A DNA stretch of 64,000 bases from an uncultured bacterium (GTDB lineage Bacteria; Planctomycetota; UBA1135; GCA-002686595). Positions 38,035-47,664 of the stretch are shown here, piece after piece. Position numbers and translations under genes: made by a program. Within the stretch, counting starts at the first letter, position 1. Every line of letters starts with the position of its first letter. The DNA lies in NCBI GenBank assembly GCA_943787795.1, contig CALSNU010000005.1, forward strand, positions 192,001 through 256,000, written 5' to 3'. The notes under the pieces are model-generated. The model had not been told where the DNA came from, made no database searches, and saw only the letters and a program-made list of their open reading frames with translations.

Positions 38035-39536
38035 TGCCGCCCTCTGAGTCGACGCTTGGATCCGCGCTCCCGCGGCGGAACCGCCCCACGCGCCTCGGTC
38101 CGGAGGCGGGTGTGGAGTACGTTGAGGGGTGGGGGATGAGCGCCGGCGCCCGTTCGCGGGTCTGGCGGCCGCGCTCCGCCGAGGAGGTCGCCACGGCGCT
38201 CGGCGCCGCGCGGGCTCGGGGGGCGTCGGTGGCGCTGCGCGGGTCGGGGTGCAGCTACGGCGACGCGAGCATCAACCGTGAGGGGGACGTCCTCGACGTG
38301 ACCCGCATGAACCGGATCCTCGCCTTCGATGAGGAGACTGGCGTGGCGGACTGCGAAGGGGGGGTGACCATCCGGGACCTCTGGCGTCACGCGCTCCCCC
38401 GGGGCTACTGGCCCAAGGTGGTGTCCGGGACGATGTTCCCGACCCTCGCAGGGGCCGCCGGGATGAACATCCACGGCAAGAACAACTACAAGGTCGGCAC
38501 GATCGGCGACGCCATCGAGGACATCGACCTGGTGCTCCCGTCAGGCGAGCAGGTGCTCGCCAGCCGCGAGGAGCGGCCGGACCTCTTCCACGCGGCCGTC
38601 GGCGGCTTCGGGATGCTGGGCGCCATCACCCGGGTCCGCATCGCCACCAAGAAGATCCACTCCGGTGACATCGATGTCGCGGGGATCTCGGTGCCGAACA
38701 TCGGCGCGATGATGGACTACGTGGACGCCCACACGGGCACCGCCGACTACCTCGTGGGCTGGGTCGACTGCTTCGGCAGGGGCGACGCCGCGGGCCGGGG
38801 GCTGATCCACCACGCCCGCTACCTGGGCCCTGGGGAGGACCCCGCGCCGGAGCGGACCCTGCGGCTCGACTACCAGGCCTTGCCGTCCTCGATCCTCGGC
38901 TTCCCCAAGTCCGAGGTCTGGCGAATCCTCCGCTTGCTCGCCAACGATCCGGGCATGCGCCTCCTGAACTTCACGAAGCACCAGATGGGGAAGCTCGAGC
39001 AGCGGAAGGGCTGGTATCGCCAGTCCCACGCGGCCTTCAACTTCCTGCTCGACTTCGTGCCCAACTGGAAGTTCGCCTACGGTTGCAAGCCCGGGACCGG
39101 ACTGATCCAGTACCAGGTGTTCCTCCCCGCGGCGTCCGCCCACGACGGGTTCAAGGAGATCCTCCGCCGGCAGCAGCAGCGCGGCCTCGTCTCGTACCTC
39201 GGGGTGCTGAAGCGGCACCGGCCGGACCCTTTCTTGCTCACTCACGGCCTCGACGGCTGGTCCATGGCCATGGACTTCAAGGTCTCCGACGAGCGGCGGC
39301 ATGACGTCTCCTCCATGTGTGACGAGCTCACCCGGTTGGTGCTCGAGCGCGGCGGGCGGTTCTACTTCGCCAAGGACTCGGTCCTCGGGCCACGCGCGGT
39401 GGAGGCCATGTACGACCGTGACAAGCTCGCGGCCTTCCGCGGCCTGAAGGCGGAGTACGACCCGGACGACCTCCTGCAGACGGACCTGTGGCGCCGGGCC
39501 TTCGGTGAGGCCGGCGTCTACACGATGTCGGCCTGA
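38034..39536 (+). CDS. FAD-binding oxidoreductase (DprE1-like)
   Basis: RGSGCSYGDA, VSGT..TLAG, NIHGKN, IQYQ, GVLK, GGRFYFAKDS. Confidence 0.85.
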   Translation: MPPSESTLGSALPRRNRPTRLGPEAGVEYVEGWGMSAGARSRVWRPRSAEEVATALGAARARGASVALRGSGCSYGDASINREGDVLDVTRMNRILAFDEETGVADCEGGVTIRDLWRHALPRGYWPKVVSGTMFPTLAGAAGMNIHGKNNYKVGTIGDAIEDIDLVLPSGEQVLASREERPDLFHAAVGGFGMLGAITRVRIATKKIHSGDIDVAGISVPNIGAMMDYVDAHTGTADYLVGWVDCFGRGDAAGRGLIHHARYLGPGEDPAPERTLRLDYQALPSSILGFPKSEVWRILRLLANDPGMRLLNFTKHQMGKLEQRKGWYRQSHAAFNFLLDFVPNWKFAYGCKPGTGLIQYQVFLPAASAHDGFKEILRRQQQRGLVSYLGVLKRHRPDPFLLTHGLDGWSMAMDFKVSDERRHDVSSMCDELTRLVLERGGRFYFAKDSVLGPRAVEAMYDRDKLAAFRGLKAEYDPDDLLQTDLWRRAFGEAGVYTMSA

Positions 39537-39681
39537 GACGATCCTCGGCCGCTGCCCCTGAAGTTCGGGGGCGGGCGGCGTGGATCCCCCTGCGCGTCTT
39601 CCTCCTGGGAGCCGATGCGAGTACGGTCCGCCCCGGCCGCGACGCCGCCTGACTCGCAGGCGGCGCGGCCGTCTCCTTCAA

Positions 39682-40809
39682 ATGGCTGGCAAACGGTTCA
39701 CCTACTTCGCGACCTGCGCCCCCGGCGTCGAGCCGCTGCTCCATCGGGAAGTCCGGGAACTCGGGCTGGCCCGCTCCGAGCGGCAGGTCGGCGGGGTCCG
39801 CTTCGAGGGGACCATGCGCGACGCCTGGCGGGCGAACCTCTGGCTCCGGACCGCCGTTCGCGTGCTCCGGCGTGAGTCGCGCTTCGACGCGGTGAGCGAG
39901 TCGTCCCTGGACGAGGGCGTCGGATCGGTGGACTGGTCCGCGTTCCTTGAGCCGGGAGGCACCCTGTGGGTAGATGCTCAGACGAAGGAGTCGGCCCTCG
40001 ACCACAGCAGGTATCTCCAGCAGCGCGTGAAGGACACGATCGTGGACCAGGTGCGCGCTGCGGACGGTACGCGGCCCACCGTCGAGCGTGAGGACGCGGA
40101 CGTCCGCGTGCACCTCCACCTCTACCGGGACCGCGCGACCCTCTCGGTCGACACCTCCGGCGCGTCCCTGCACCGGCGGGGCTGGCGTTCGGCCCAGGGC
40201 CGGGCGCCGCTGGCAGAGACCCTCGCCGCCGCCTGCGTGCTGCACTCCGGGTGGGATCGGCGGGCGCCGCTCATCGACCCGTTCTGCGGCACGGGTACCC
40301 TCCTCGTGGAGGGCGCCATGATCGCCGCCGGCATGGCCCCCGGGCTCACCCGGGAGCGTTTTGGCTTCGAGGCCTGGCGGGGCCATGACGCGTCGAGCTG
40401 GGAGCGCACCCGGGAGGAAGCCCGCGCGGCGGCGAAGATCCCCCGCAAGCTCCGGCTCGTGGGGCACGATATCGTCCCGGACCGGTTGGAGGAGACGCAC
40501 GCTCACCTCGATCGCCTCGGCTTCGGCGACCTCGCAGCCCTGGAGGTCGCGGACGCGCGAGCCTTTGCGCCGCGGGCGGGCTGGAACGGGGCGGTGGTCA
40601 GCAACCTGCCCTACGGCGAGCGCGTGGGGGACCGGGTCGAGGGGCTGCACGGCGACTTCGGCGCTCAGCTCAAGGCGCTCACGGGCTACCGCACCTCACT
40701 GCTCACCGGATCGTCTCGCCTCGCTGGCCTTCTTCGCATCTCGCGCGCCGAGCGCCACCGCATCCTCAACGGCGGCATCGAGTGCCAGCTGGTGACCGCG
40801 GAACTCTAG
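39682..40809 (+). CDS. THUMP-domain rRNA methyltransferase (RlmL-like)
   Basis: ATCAPGVE, SLHRRGWR, APLAETLAAA, DPFCGTGT, SNLPYGER. Confidence 0.9.
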   Translation: MAGKRFTYFATCAPGVEPLLHREVRELGLARSERQVGGVRFEGTMRDAWRANLWLRTAVRVLRRESRFDAVSESSLDEGVGSVDWSAFLEPGGTLWVDAQTKESALDHSRYLQQRVKDTIVDQVRAADGTRPTVEREDADVRVHLHLYRDRATLSVDTSGASLHRRGWRSAQGRAPLAETLAAACVLHSGWDRRAPLIDPFCGTGTLLVEGAMIAAGMAPGLTRERFGFEAWRGHDASSWERTREEARAAAKIPRKLRLVGHDIVPDRLEETHAHLDRLGFGDLAALEVADARAFAPRAGWNGAVVSNLPYGERVGDRVEGLHGDFGAQLKALTGYRTSLLTGSSRLAGLLRISRAERHRILNGGIECQLVTAEL

Positions 40810-40823
40810 CTTCCGGGAAACCA

Positions 40824-40912
40824 CCCAGAGCCCCAGAGCCACCGAGCCCCAGAGCCCCAGAGCCCCAGAGCCACCGAGCCACCGAGCCACCGAGCCACCG
40901 AGCCACCGAGCC
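40824..40912. repeat. 8-bp microsatellite-like array (CCCAGAGC/CACCGAGC, ~11 copies)
   Basis: Two 8-mer variants in blocks between convergent genes. Confidence 0.9.
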
Positions 40913-41142
40913 CGGGGCGCTGGCTTTCGCCGCAGAGCCGGGCCCGCCGGACCGGGCCCGCCATCCCAGGTCGCGCGCTGTCCACGGGGCGCGAGCCTCG
41001 CCCAGGGAGAGGCCAGGGAGCGCGCCGGGCGCGGTGCCGATCGGGAGGCACATCACGGGCGGTCTCTGGGCGACCACAGGCGGAGGTGTTCGACGGCAGG
41101 CCCTCGGCCTCGCTCCGCGGTGACCCGGCCGCTCGGGTGGAG

Positions 41143-41955
41143 TCAGGGGCGGCGCCGGAGCACGAGCAGGGTGTCGAGCTGTTCGTCCGACAGCTCGAGG
41201 GGCTCGTCCACCTCGTAATGGAAGTCGTACGTGCCCACGTGCTCGAGCTCGGGGACGCCGCGCAGGAGGTCGCGCACCTGCCCCGCGTCATAGGTTCTGA
41301 ACTCCCACTCGGTGCGCGAGCGGCGCTCCGTTCCTTCCCCCCGGACGCGCATGCGCGCCTCGACCTTCTCGCGGCGCGTCGAGGGGTCCGGAGGCCAGGT
41401 GGAGACCTTGCAGTCGACGGTCGCCCCGTTGCGCTCGGCCGTCCACCGCTCGTGGACCTTGCGCTGGGCGCCGTACCGGGAGAGGTGGAACCCCAGGGCG
41501 TAGACCCCTCCGGGGCGCAGGGCCCTCGCCACCGACCGGAGGTGGGATCGCGCCGCGGCCTCGGTCAAGAGGTACTTGAAGGTGCTCACGAGGCAGTGGG
41601 CGAGGTCGAACGTGCCGGGGGTCTCGAAGGCCGACATGTCCGCCTGCACGACGGTCCCCGCGAGGCCCGCCTCCCGGAGCCGCTGGCGGCTGAAGCGGAC
41701 CATGGCCTCGCCGAGATCGAAGCCGCGGACCCGCCACCCGCGCTCCGCCATGGCGCCCAGCAGCCGACCTGAGCCGCAGGCCGGCTCCAGCACGCGGCGG
41801 CCGCGGCCGGGTGTGGCGTACTCCTCGAAGACCGCCTCCAGAAAGTCGGCCTCTTGCGCGGTGTCGACGTCATAGATGGCGTCGTAGTCCTCCGGCGCCT
41901 CGTACCAATCGAGGTCCTCGTAGCGCTGGCCCTTGCCTGCCGCGGGGGGCGTCAT
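41143..41955 (-). CDS. Class I SAM-dependent methyltransferase
   Basis: VLEPACGSGR, FDL, QADM, LRPGGVY. ATGA overlap with apaH. Confidence 0.88.
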   Translation of the reverse strand: MTPPAAGKGQRYEDLDWYEAPEDYDAIYDVDTAQEADFLEAVFEEYATPGRGRRVLEPACGSGRLLGAMAERGWRVRGFDLGEAMVRFSRQRLREAGLAGTVVQADMSAFETPGTFDLAHCLVSTFKYLLTEAAARSHLRSVARALRPGGVYALGFHLSRYGAQRKVHERWTAERNGATVDCKVSTWPPDPSTRREKVEARMRVRGEGTERRSRTEWEFRTYDAGQVRDLLRGVPELEHVGTYDFHYEVDEPLELSDEQLDTLLVLRRRP

Positions 41956-42677
41956 GATCCGCCGTGCCAGCGCTGGCGGGCGCTCACGCTGTAGAGGCGG
42001 TCCTCCTCGGGGATCCACGCCGTGAGCTCCCCGCCGTAGACGCAGCCGGTGTCCAGGCCTCGGGTGCGCTCCAGCTCCACGAGGCCGCGCCTGGCCCAGT
42101 GCCCGAAGACGACCGTCCGGGTCTCCTTGGTGCGGGCGCGCCAGAAGTGGTCCCAGGGCCGAAAGGGATCCCCGGGCGGCGGCCAGTCGCTCTGGGGCTG
42201 GGCGCCGGTGGCGTCGCAGTGGCGGGCGCGCAGCGCGAACTCCACGTCCTCGTCCTCGGCGTCGAGCAGCTCCCTGCCCTCGAGGTGTCGGACCGGGTCG
42301 GCCCAGGAGGGGTGGATCCCGGCGTGGAGGCAGACCACATCGTCCCAGCCGAGCACCAGCGGCTGTTGCTCGAGCCAGCCGAGCAACTCTTCACCGTCCG
42401 GGACCCGCGTGAGGGCCTCCAGGGTGGTCCTGCGACCCCTCCAGGAGGGGTCATGCCACTGCCGGAGCATGTGGACATCGTGGTTGCCGAGGACCGGCCG
42501 GGCGCCCAGGTCGCGGCACAACCGGACGCACCCCACGGAGTCGGGACCCCGATTCACGAGGTCTCCGACGGGATGGAGGGTGTCCCCTGCGGGGTCGTAG
42601 CCCACCTTGGAGAGCAGCGCCTCGAACTCCTCCCTGCAGCCCTGGAGGTCCCCGATAAAGATGCGTCGGCCGGTCAT
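41952..42677 (-). CDS. apaH: Symmetrical diadenosine tetraphosphatase (ApaH-like metallophosphoesterase)
   Basis: IGDLQGC, VGDLVNRGPDS, LGNHD, HAG, FGHWA, LDTGCVYGG. Confidence 0.88.
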   Translation of the reverse strand: MTGRRIFIGDLQGCREEFEALLSKVGYDPAGDTLHPVGDLVNRGPDSVGCVRLCRDLGARPVLGNHDVHMLRQWHDPSWRGRRTTLEALTRVPDGEELLGWLEQQPLVLGWDDVVCLHAGIHPSWADPVRHLEGRELLDAEDEDVEFALRARHCDATGAQPQSDWPPPGDPFRPWDHFWRARTKETRTVVFGHWARRGLVELERTRGLDTGCVYGGELTAWIPEEDRLYSVSARQRWHGGS

Positions 42678-42794
42678 GCCCCGAGTCTACGGCCTGGGAT
42701 CTTCCAGCCCGAGGGCCCTCGACACGGGACGGTCTGCTTCCTACTCTCTTTGGCCGCGTTCGCCCCGGATGCCCCGGGACGGCGGTTCAAAGCT

Positions 42795-42956
42795 ATGGCC
42801 AAGTCACAGTTCAAAGCAGGCGGTCCCACCCGTGGTCGCCGTCGTGTCCGCAAGATCGGCATGGGTTCGGGCAAGTACCTGCTCGCCCGCAAGGACGCCC
42901 GTAAGGGTGTCGTCCTCTCCAAGGCGGAGAAGGGCGAAGAAGAAGCCAAGAGCTGA
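42795..42956 (+). CDS. Small basic protein (53 aa)
   Basis: MAKSQFKAGGPTRGRRRVRKIGMGSGKYLLARKDARKGVVLSKAEKGEEEAKS. Codon usage (CGT, GGT, AAG) resembles highly expressed genes. Confidence 0.7.
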   Translation: MAKSQFKAGGPTRGRRRVRKIGMGSGKYLLARKDARKGVVLSKAEKGEEEAKS

Positions 42957-42974
42957 CCGAGGCGCCCCCCGAGC

Positions 42975-45404
42975 GTGTCCACAGCTGCGCTCACCTGCGC
43001 CCTCGCCGCCGCCGCCAGCTGGGCGGTGGCCTCGATCTCCATCAGCCGCGTCCTCGCACGCGGCGACGTCAGCCCCGCTGCCGCCAACCTGTTCAAGAAC
43101 GGGGTGGCGGCGAGTTTCTTTCTGGCCCTGGCGCTCGCCGGCAACGGGCGTTGGCCCGTGGGCGACGCGTGGTACTGGCTCTTCGGCTCGGGTCTCCTGG
43201 GCTTCGCCATCTCCGACACGCTGTACTTCGCGGCCTTCCGTCGCTGTGGAGTTCAGACCGCGGCGACCGTGATGCTGCTCAACGTGCCGGTTGCGACGCT
43301 GCTCGCGGTGCCGCTCGCCGGCGACCGGATCGACGGGCGGCTCGTGGGCTTCATGGGGCTGGTGCTCGTGGGCGTGCTGCTCGTGACCCTGGACCGAAAC
43401 GGGGCCGACGACGGCGCAGGGCACCGGAACTCGAGGTCGACGCGGGTCGCGGGTGTGCTGATCGCCGTGGCGGCGGCCACCGCGATCGGCACAGCCGTCC
43501 CCCTGGGCCGGGGCCGCTTCGAGGACGTCGACGTGTTCACCGGCGGCTTCGTGCGGCTCATGGGCGGCGCCTGCGGCGCTGTCCCGATCGCGCTGCTCTC
43601 TGGCCTGGGCAAGGCCAGCACCCCGGTCAAGGAGCTGCGCCGCCTCGTGGAGCCGATGCTGGCGGCGCCCGGCCCGGCCTCGGTCTGGGGCAAGGCGTCG
43701 TTGATTGGGGTGGGCAGCGCAGTCCTCGGGCTGCTCCCTTATCACTTCGCAATGCGCGAGCTGCCGGGTGGGCTCGCGGCGGTCCTGTTCAGCTCGACGC
43801 CGCTCTTCACCCTGCCTCTATGCCTCCTGATCGGTCAGCGGGTGGGCCTCCTCTCGGCGCTCGGGACCGCGGTCGGCTTCGCGGGGGTGGCCGCAATCCT
43901 GCTCGGATCGGGAAGCCAGGCCACCAGCGACCCCACGGCTGATGCCCGGCTCGAGGTCGAGCTCGTGCCCCTGGCGAGCCCCACCAGCGCCCGCTTCCCC
44001 GTATTTGTCGAGGACGGCGGAGCTCGCCCCCCGGAGTCTCTCTCCGACCTTGCGGTTCCGCCCGCGGTGGTGACGGCCCGCGCGGCCGGCGGGGGGAGCG
44101 ACGCCTATCGACTCGTCTTGCTTGGGGACCCCGATCCCTCCTCGCCCTCGGAGCGGACCGTGGCGAAGGAGTCGTCGGAGGGGGACCCGTCGGGACGCCG
44201 GTACTTTGTGAACTGGGCCGACGTCCCTCAGGCGGCGCGACTGAGCTCCGGAGCCCTGCTCGCCGCGACCCTCGAGCGGCTTGGTGACTCGACTTATGCC
44301 TATGGCGTTCGGCTCACCCTCGAGGAGGACGGCCCCCCGGGCCGGGACCTGGGCTGGCTCCACGATGATCAGCAGCCCGTGGAGCACGGGTTCGTCTCCC
44401 TCCTCCCGCAGCCCACGGGTGGGGCGCTCTGTGTCTGGCTCGATGGGCGTGCAGGCGGTCAGGTCGCCGAGCACGGAGCGGGCCACAGCTCCGGCGGGAT
44501 GCAGCTGCGGGCTCGCACCATCGGTGCCGGCGGGAGCTTCGGCGAGGAGGTGCTCCTCGACGCGCTCGTTTGCGACTGCTGCCCAACGGACGCGGTGGCC
44601 CTCGCGGACGGCTCCTCGGTGGTGGTGTACCGGGACCGCACTGAGGCCGAGGTCCGGGACATCTGGAGCGTCCGTCGCGCGCCCGATGGCACCTGGAGCC
44701 AACCTCGACCGGTCTATCAGGACGGGTGGCGCATCGAGGGATGCCCGGTCAACGGGCCGGCTGTCGCTGCGAGTGGCCCGGCAGACCCCCCGGCAGACCC
44801 CCCGGCTGGGGAGCCGGCTGGGGAGCCAGCTGGGGAGCCGGCCGGGGCCGCCAAGGAGGGGGCTGCCGCGGAGATCACGGTCGCCACCGCCTGGTACACG
44901 GAGGGTGGAGTCTCCGGAGCCCCGCGCGTCCTCGTGGCCTTCTCGCGGGACGGGGGCGCGAGCTACGGGCGCCCCGTCGAGGTCGCCGCCGACGGTGTGC
45001 TCGGGCGGGTCGACATCGCGGCCGCTGGCGGGGGACGTTTTGTGGTGACCTATCTGAAGGCCGGCGACGGCCTCGCCAACCCTGACGCCGTCTGGACGGC
45101 GCGGATCGTGGCCCCGGGGTACGGCCCTGGCACCGCGACGCCGATCGCCGCCGTTGAGCCTGGCCGCCGCAGCGGACGGCTCAGCTTGGTGAGCGCCCCC
45201 GACCGATCCGGCAGCCTCCATGCCATGTGGACCGCGGAGGATGGGGTGCGGGTCGCCGTGCTGCGGGTGGTACAGGTCGGCGCTCCGTCTGGAGCTGAGC
45301 CCGGGGCCGGACCGGACGCGGGGCCCGACGCCGGCCCAAGTGTCGGTTCAGACGCTGACCCCAGCGCGGGCTCCGCCGAGAAGCTCGCGCCGACCTCGCG
45401 CTGA
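42975..45404 (+). CDS. EamA/DMT transporter fused to an extracytoplasmic BNR/sialidase-like Cys/His-rich domain
   Basis: About ten TM segments in two EamA halves, then NWADVP, WLHDD...EHGFVS, CDCCPT, YRDR, GCPVNGP, SRDGG. Confidence 0.8.
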   Translation: MSTAALTCALAAAASWAVASISISRVLARGDVSPAAANLFKNGVAASFFLALALAGNGRWPVGDAWYWLFGSGLLGFAISDTLYFAAFRRCGVQTAATVMLLNVPVATLLAVPLAGDRIDGRLVGFMGLVLVGVLLVTLDRNGADDGAGHRNSRSTRVAGVLIAVAAATAIGTAVPLGRGRFEDVDVFTGGFVRLMGGACGAVPIALLSGLGKASTPVKELRRLVEPMLAAPGPASVWGKASLIGVGSAVLGLLPYHFAMRELPGGLAAVLFSSTPLFTLPLCLLIGQRVGLLSALGTAVGFAGVAAILLGSGSQATSDPTADARLEVELVPLASPTSARFPVFVEDGGARPPESLSDLAVPPAVVTARAAGGGSDAYRLVLLGDPDPSSPSERTVAKESSEGDPSGRRYFVNWADVPQAARLSSGALLAATLERLGDSTYAYGVRLTLEEDGPPGRDLGWLHDDQQPVEHGFVSLLPQPTGGALCVWLDGRAGGQVAEHGAGHSSGGMQLRARTIGAGGSFGEEVLLDALVCDCCPTDAVALADGSSVVVYRDRTEAEVRDIWSVRRAPDGTWSQPRPVYQDGWRIEGCPVNGPAVAASGPADPPADPPAGEPAGEPAGEPAGAAKEGAAAEITVATAWYTEGGVSGAPRVLVAFSRDGGASYGRPVEVAADGVLGRVDIAAAGGGRFVVTYLKAGDGLANPDAVWTARIVAPGYGPGTATPIAAVEPGRRSGRLSLVSAPDRSGSLHAMWTAEDGVRVAVLRVVQVGAPSGAEPGAGPDAGPDAGPSVGSDADPSAGSAEKLAPTSR

Positions 45405-45462
45405 GCGCGCTCCTCTTCTCAACTCGCAGGCGTCGAGCATCTCCGCTGGCCGGCGCGGGGGA

Positions 45463-47664
45463 TCACCCCGGCGGATCGCCTGCCGGCTCGCGCGGTGGGA
45501 TCAGGAACAGGGCGAGCCCGGGGATCGCTGCCCACGGCGCAAGTTCGAACCAGGGCTCCCCGGTGAAGGGGAGGTGCTCTGCGGCGCCGAGGACGAGCAG
45601 CCCGTTGTAGCCGATATGCAGGAGCATGGCCGGGAGCACGCTCCGCGAGCGGAGCGCGACCACCGCCAGCAACGCACCCAGGAGACCGGTGGGCAACAGG
45701 CGATAGATGGAGGCGTGAACGAGGGCGAAGTACAGGGCCTGCCAGAAGACGATGCGCTTCCAGGTGAAGTCGCGCTTCATCGCGCCGAGCAGGGCCCCGC
45801 GGAAGACGAGCTCCTCGAAGATGCCGGGGGACAGCGCGAAGAAGAAGAACAGCCACATGGGGCTGGAGCTGCCCATGATGGACTCGAGCTCGATGCCGCC
45901 GTCGGCGGCGCCGGGGGGCAGGGGCAGGACCTTGGACTGCCAGAGGAGGAGGTGCTCGGCGCCCCGGGTGAGGGCCGGGACGAGGAGCAGCGCGCCGAGG
46001 GCGTGGGACGGCCTCGGGAGCCGGAGTCCGAGGCCGGCCGCCAGGCGACGCGGCTCCCCCTGGGCGCGCGGGGCGGTCCAGGCGATCGTGATGGCGAGCG
46101 CGGGCAGCAGCATCCAGAAGGTGAACCAGAGCCCCGCGTCCATGTCGAGGCGCTGGACGGACATGGCGATCAGGTACACGCTCATGACGACCACGAAGCC
46201 CCAGCGCACGCCATGGCGTCCCCCCGCCTGGAGCAGGTGGGCCTCGCTCTTGCGATCACCGCCGCCGCCGAGGACCCGCTCCGCGTCGAGCACCTGGCCG
46301 AGCCTCGCCACGGCGAGCCAGGTCCAGCCGAGATGAGAGATCATCACGAGGGCTGCGAGCGGGAGCGTCAGGTCACCCTCGAGCCCCTCGCGCAAGGCGA
46401 GGGCTGAGCCCGAGAAGGGGATGATCGCCCACAGCGCGTTGAGGGAGACCTCCGGGCGCAGCACGATGGCGGTGGGGATCACCACCAGCAGCGTGACGGG
46501 GAAGATCAGCAGCTGGCCCTCGCGGAACGTCCGGGCGCCGCCGCAGACGAGGCAGAGGACCGCGCACAGCAGGAGGCAGGTGGGGAGCTCCACGATCAGC
46601 GAGGCCAGACGCCCGTACGCCATGCTGCTCGCGCCGTCGCCCATGCCTTCCATGTCCATGAGCCCCGAGGCGGCGCACACCACGAGGCTGCCGAGGTTCA
46701 TGGCCAGCGTCGCGCAGCCGGCCACGAAGACCGTGAGGAGCTTGCCCAGGGCGATGGCGCGGTGGGGGACCGGCTGAACCAGGAGCGTCTCCAGGGTGCC
46801 CGCCTCCCGCTCGCCGGCAAACACCGCCAGAGCCGCGTAGGCGCCGCCTGAGATCAGCACCAGCAGGACGATGAAGGGCAGGAACATGCCGAGGCGTGCG
46901 CCGCTCGCGTCCGCCTCGGAGGCCACGTCCGTGCTCTCGGGCGCGAGCCCGGCGCCAGGGTCTCCTCCGAGCAGGTGCTCGCGCCGCTCGGCCGAGCGGG
47001 CCTCTCCGAGGTCGCGCAGGGCGCCCCGGGCGCGGCCCATGGCCTCCCGCGCATCGTCACGCTTGACGTCGTACCAGAGGTCGAACGTGGTGCGGGCGAG
47101 GTCCCGATTCTCGCCATCGGAGCTGGCCACGATGAGCACGTCGAAGGGCTCGAGGCCCCCGTCGTCGCTGCCAGGCCCTTCGACAGCCGGTCTCTCAGCC
47201 TTCCCTACGGACCCATTCTCCGGCTGCTGGTCCGGCTGGTTCCCAGGGCCGACCTCCGCCACCGCCTCGGATCCCGCCGCGGCATCGTCGCTCGGCTCCG
47301 GCAGGGAAGCCTCGGCTGCGGCCGGAGCAGCGGCGCGCAGCAGCTCTCGGGCGGTCTCTCGGGCGTCCCCCGCGTCGGAGTCTCCGAGCTCGGAAGCATC
47401 GACCTCGGTCAACGTGATGGGCCCTTGCTCCACGAGCCCTGCGAGGAAGGCCTCCGCGGTCTCGGCGTCCGTCTGCGAGAGGTCCACGAGGGCGCGGACC
47501 GTACGCTCGGCCATGGTCTCTTCGCCCACGGCCTTGAGGGCGCCCGTGCCCCAGAACAGCAGGGGGTAGAGCAGCGCCGGGAGGACGATGGCCGAGAACA
47601 GCGCGCGCCGGTCGCGCGCGAGCTGCAGGAGCTCGACCCGGAGGACGTCGAGGGACGTCTTCAA
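45463..47664 (-). CDS. NatB-like ABC permease fused to a CPBP (Abi/CAAX) intramembrane protease
   Basis: AGEREAGTLETLL; C-terminal EELVFRG...FALVH...LLHIGYN. TTG start. Confidence 0.9.
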   Translation of the reverse strand: MKTSLDVLRVELLQLARDRRALFSAIVLPALLYPLLFWGTGALKAVGEETMAERTVRALVDLSQTDAETAEAFLAGLVEQGPITLTEVDASELGDSDAGDARETARELLRAAAPAAAEASLPEPSDDAAAGSEAVAEVGPGNQPDQQPENGSVGKAERPAVEGPGSDDGGLEPFDVLIVASSDGENRDLARTTFDLWYDVKRDDAREAMGRARGALRDLGEARSAERREHLLGGDPGAGLAPESTDVASEADASGARLGMFLPFIVLLVLISGGAYAALAVFAGEREAGTLETLLVQPVPHRAIALGKLLTVFVAGCATLAMNLGSLVVCAASGLMDMEGMGDGASSMAYGRLASLIVELPTCLLLCAVLCLVCGGARTFREGQLLIFPVTLLVVIPTAIVLRPEVSLNALWAIIPFSGSALALREGLEGDLTLPLAALVMISHLGWTWLAVARLGQVLDAERVLGGGGDRKSEAHLLQAGGRHGVRWGFVVVMSVYLIAMSVQRLDMDAGLWFTFWMLLPALAITIAWTAPRAQGEPRRLAAGLGLRLPRPSHALGALLLVPALTRGAEHLLLWQSKVLPLPPGAADGGIELESIMGSSSPMWLFFFFALSPGIFEELVFRGALLGAMKRDFTWKRIVFWQALYFALVHASIYRLLPTGLLGALLAVVALRSRSVLPAMLLHIGYNGLLVLGAAEHLPFTGEPWFELAPWAAIPGLALFLIPPREPAGDPPG

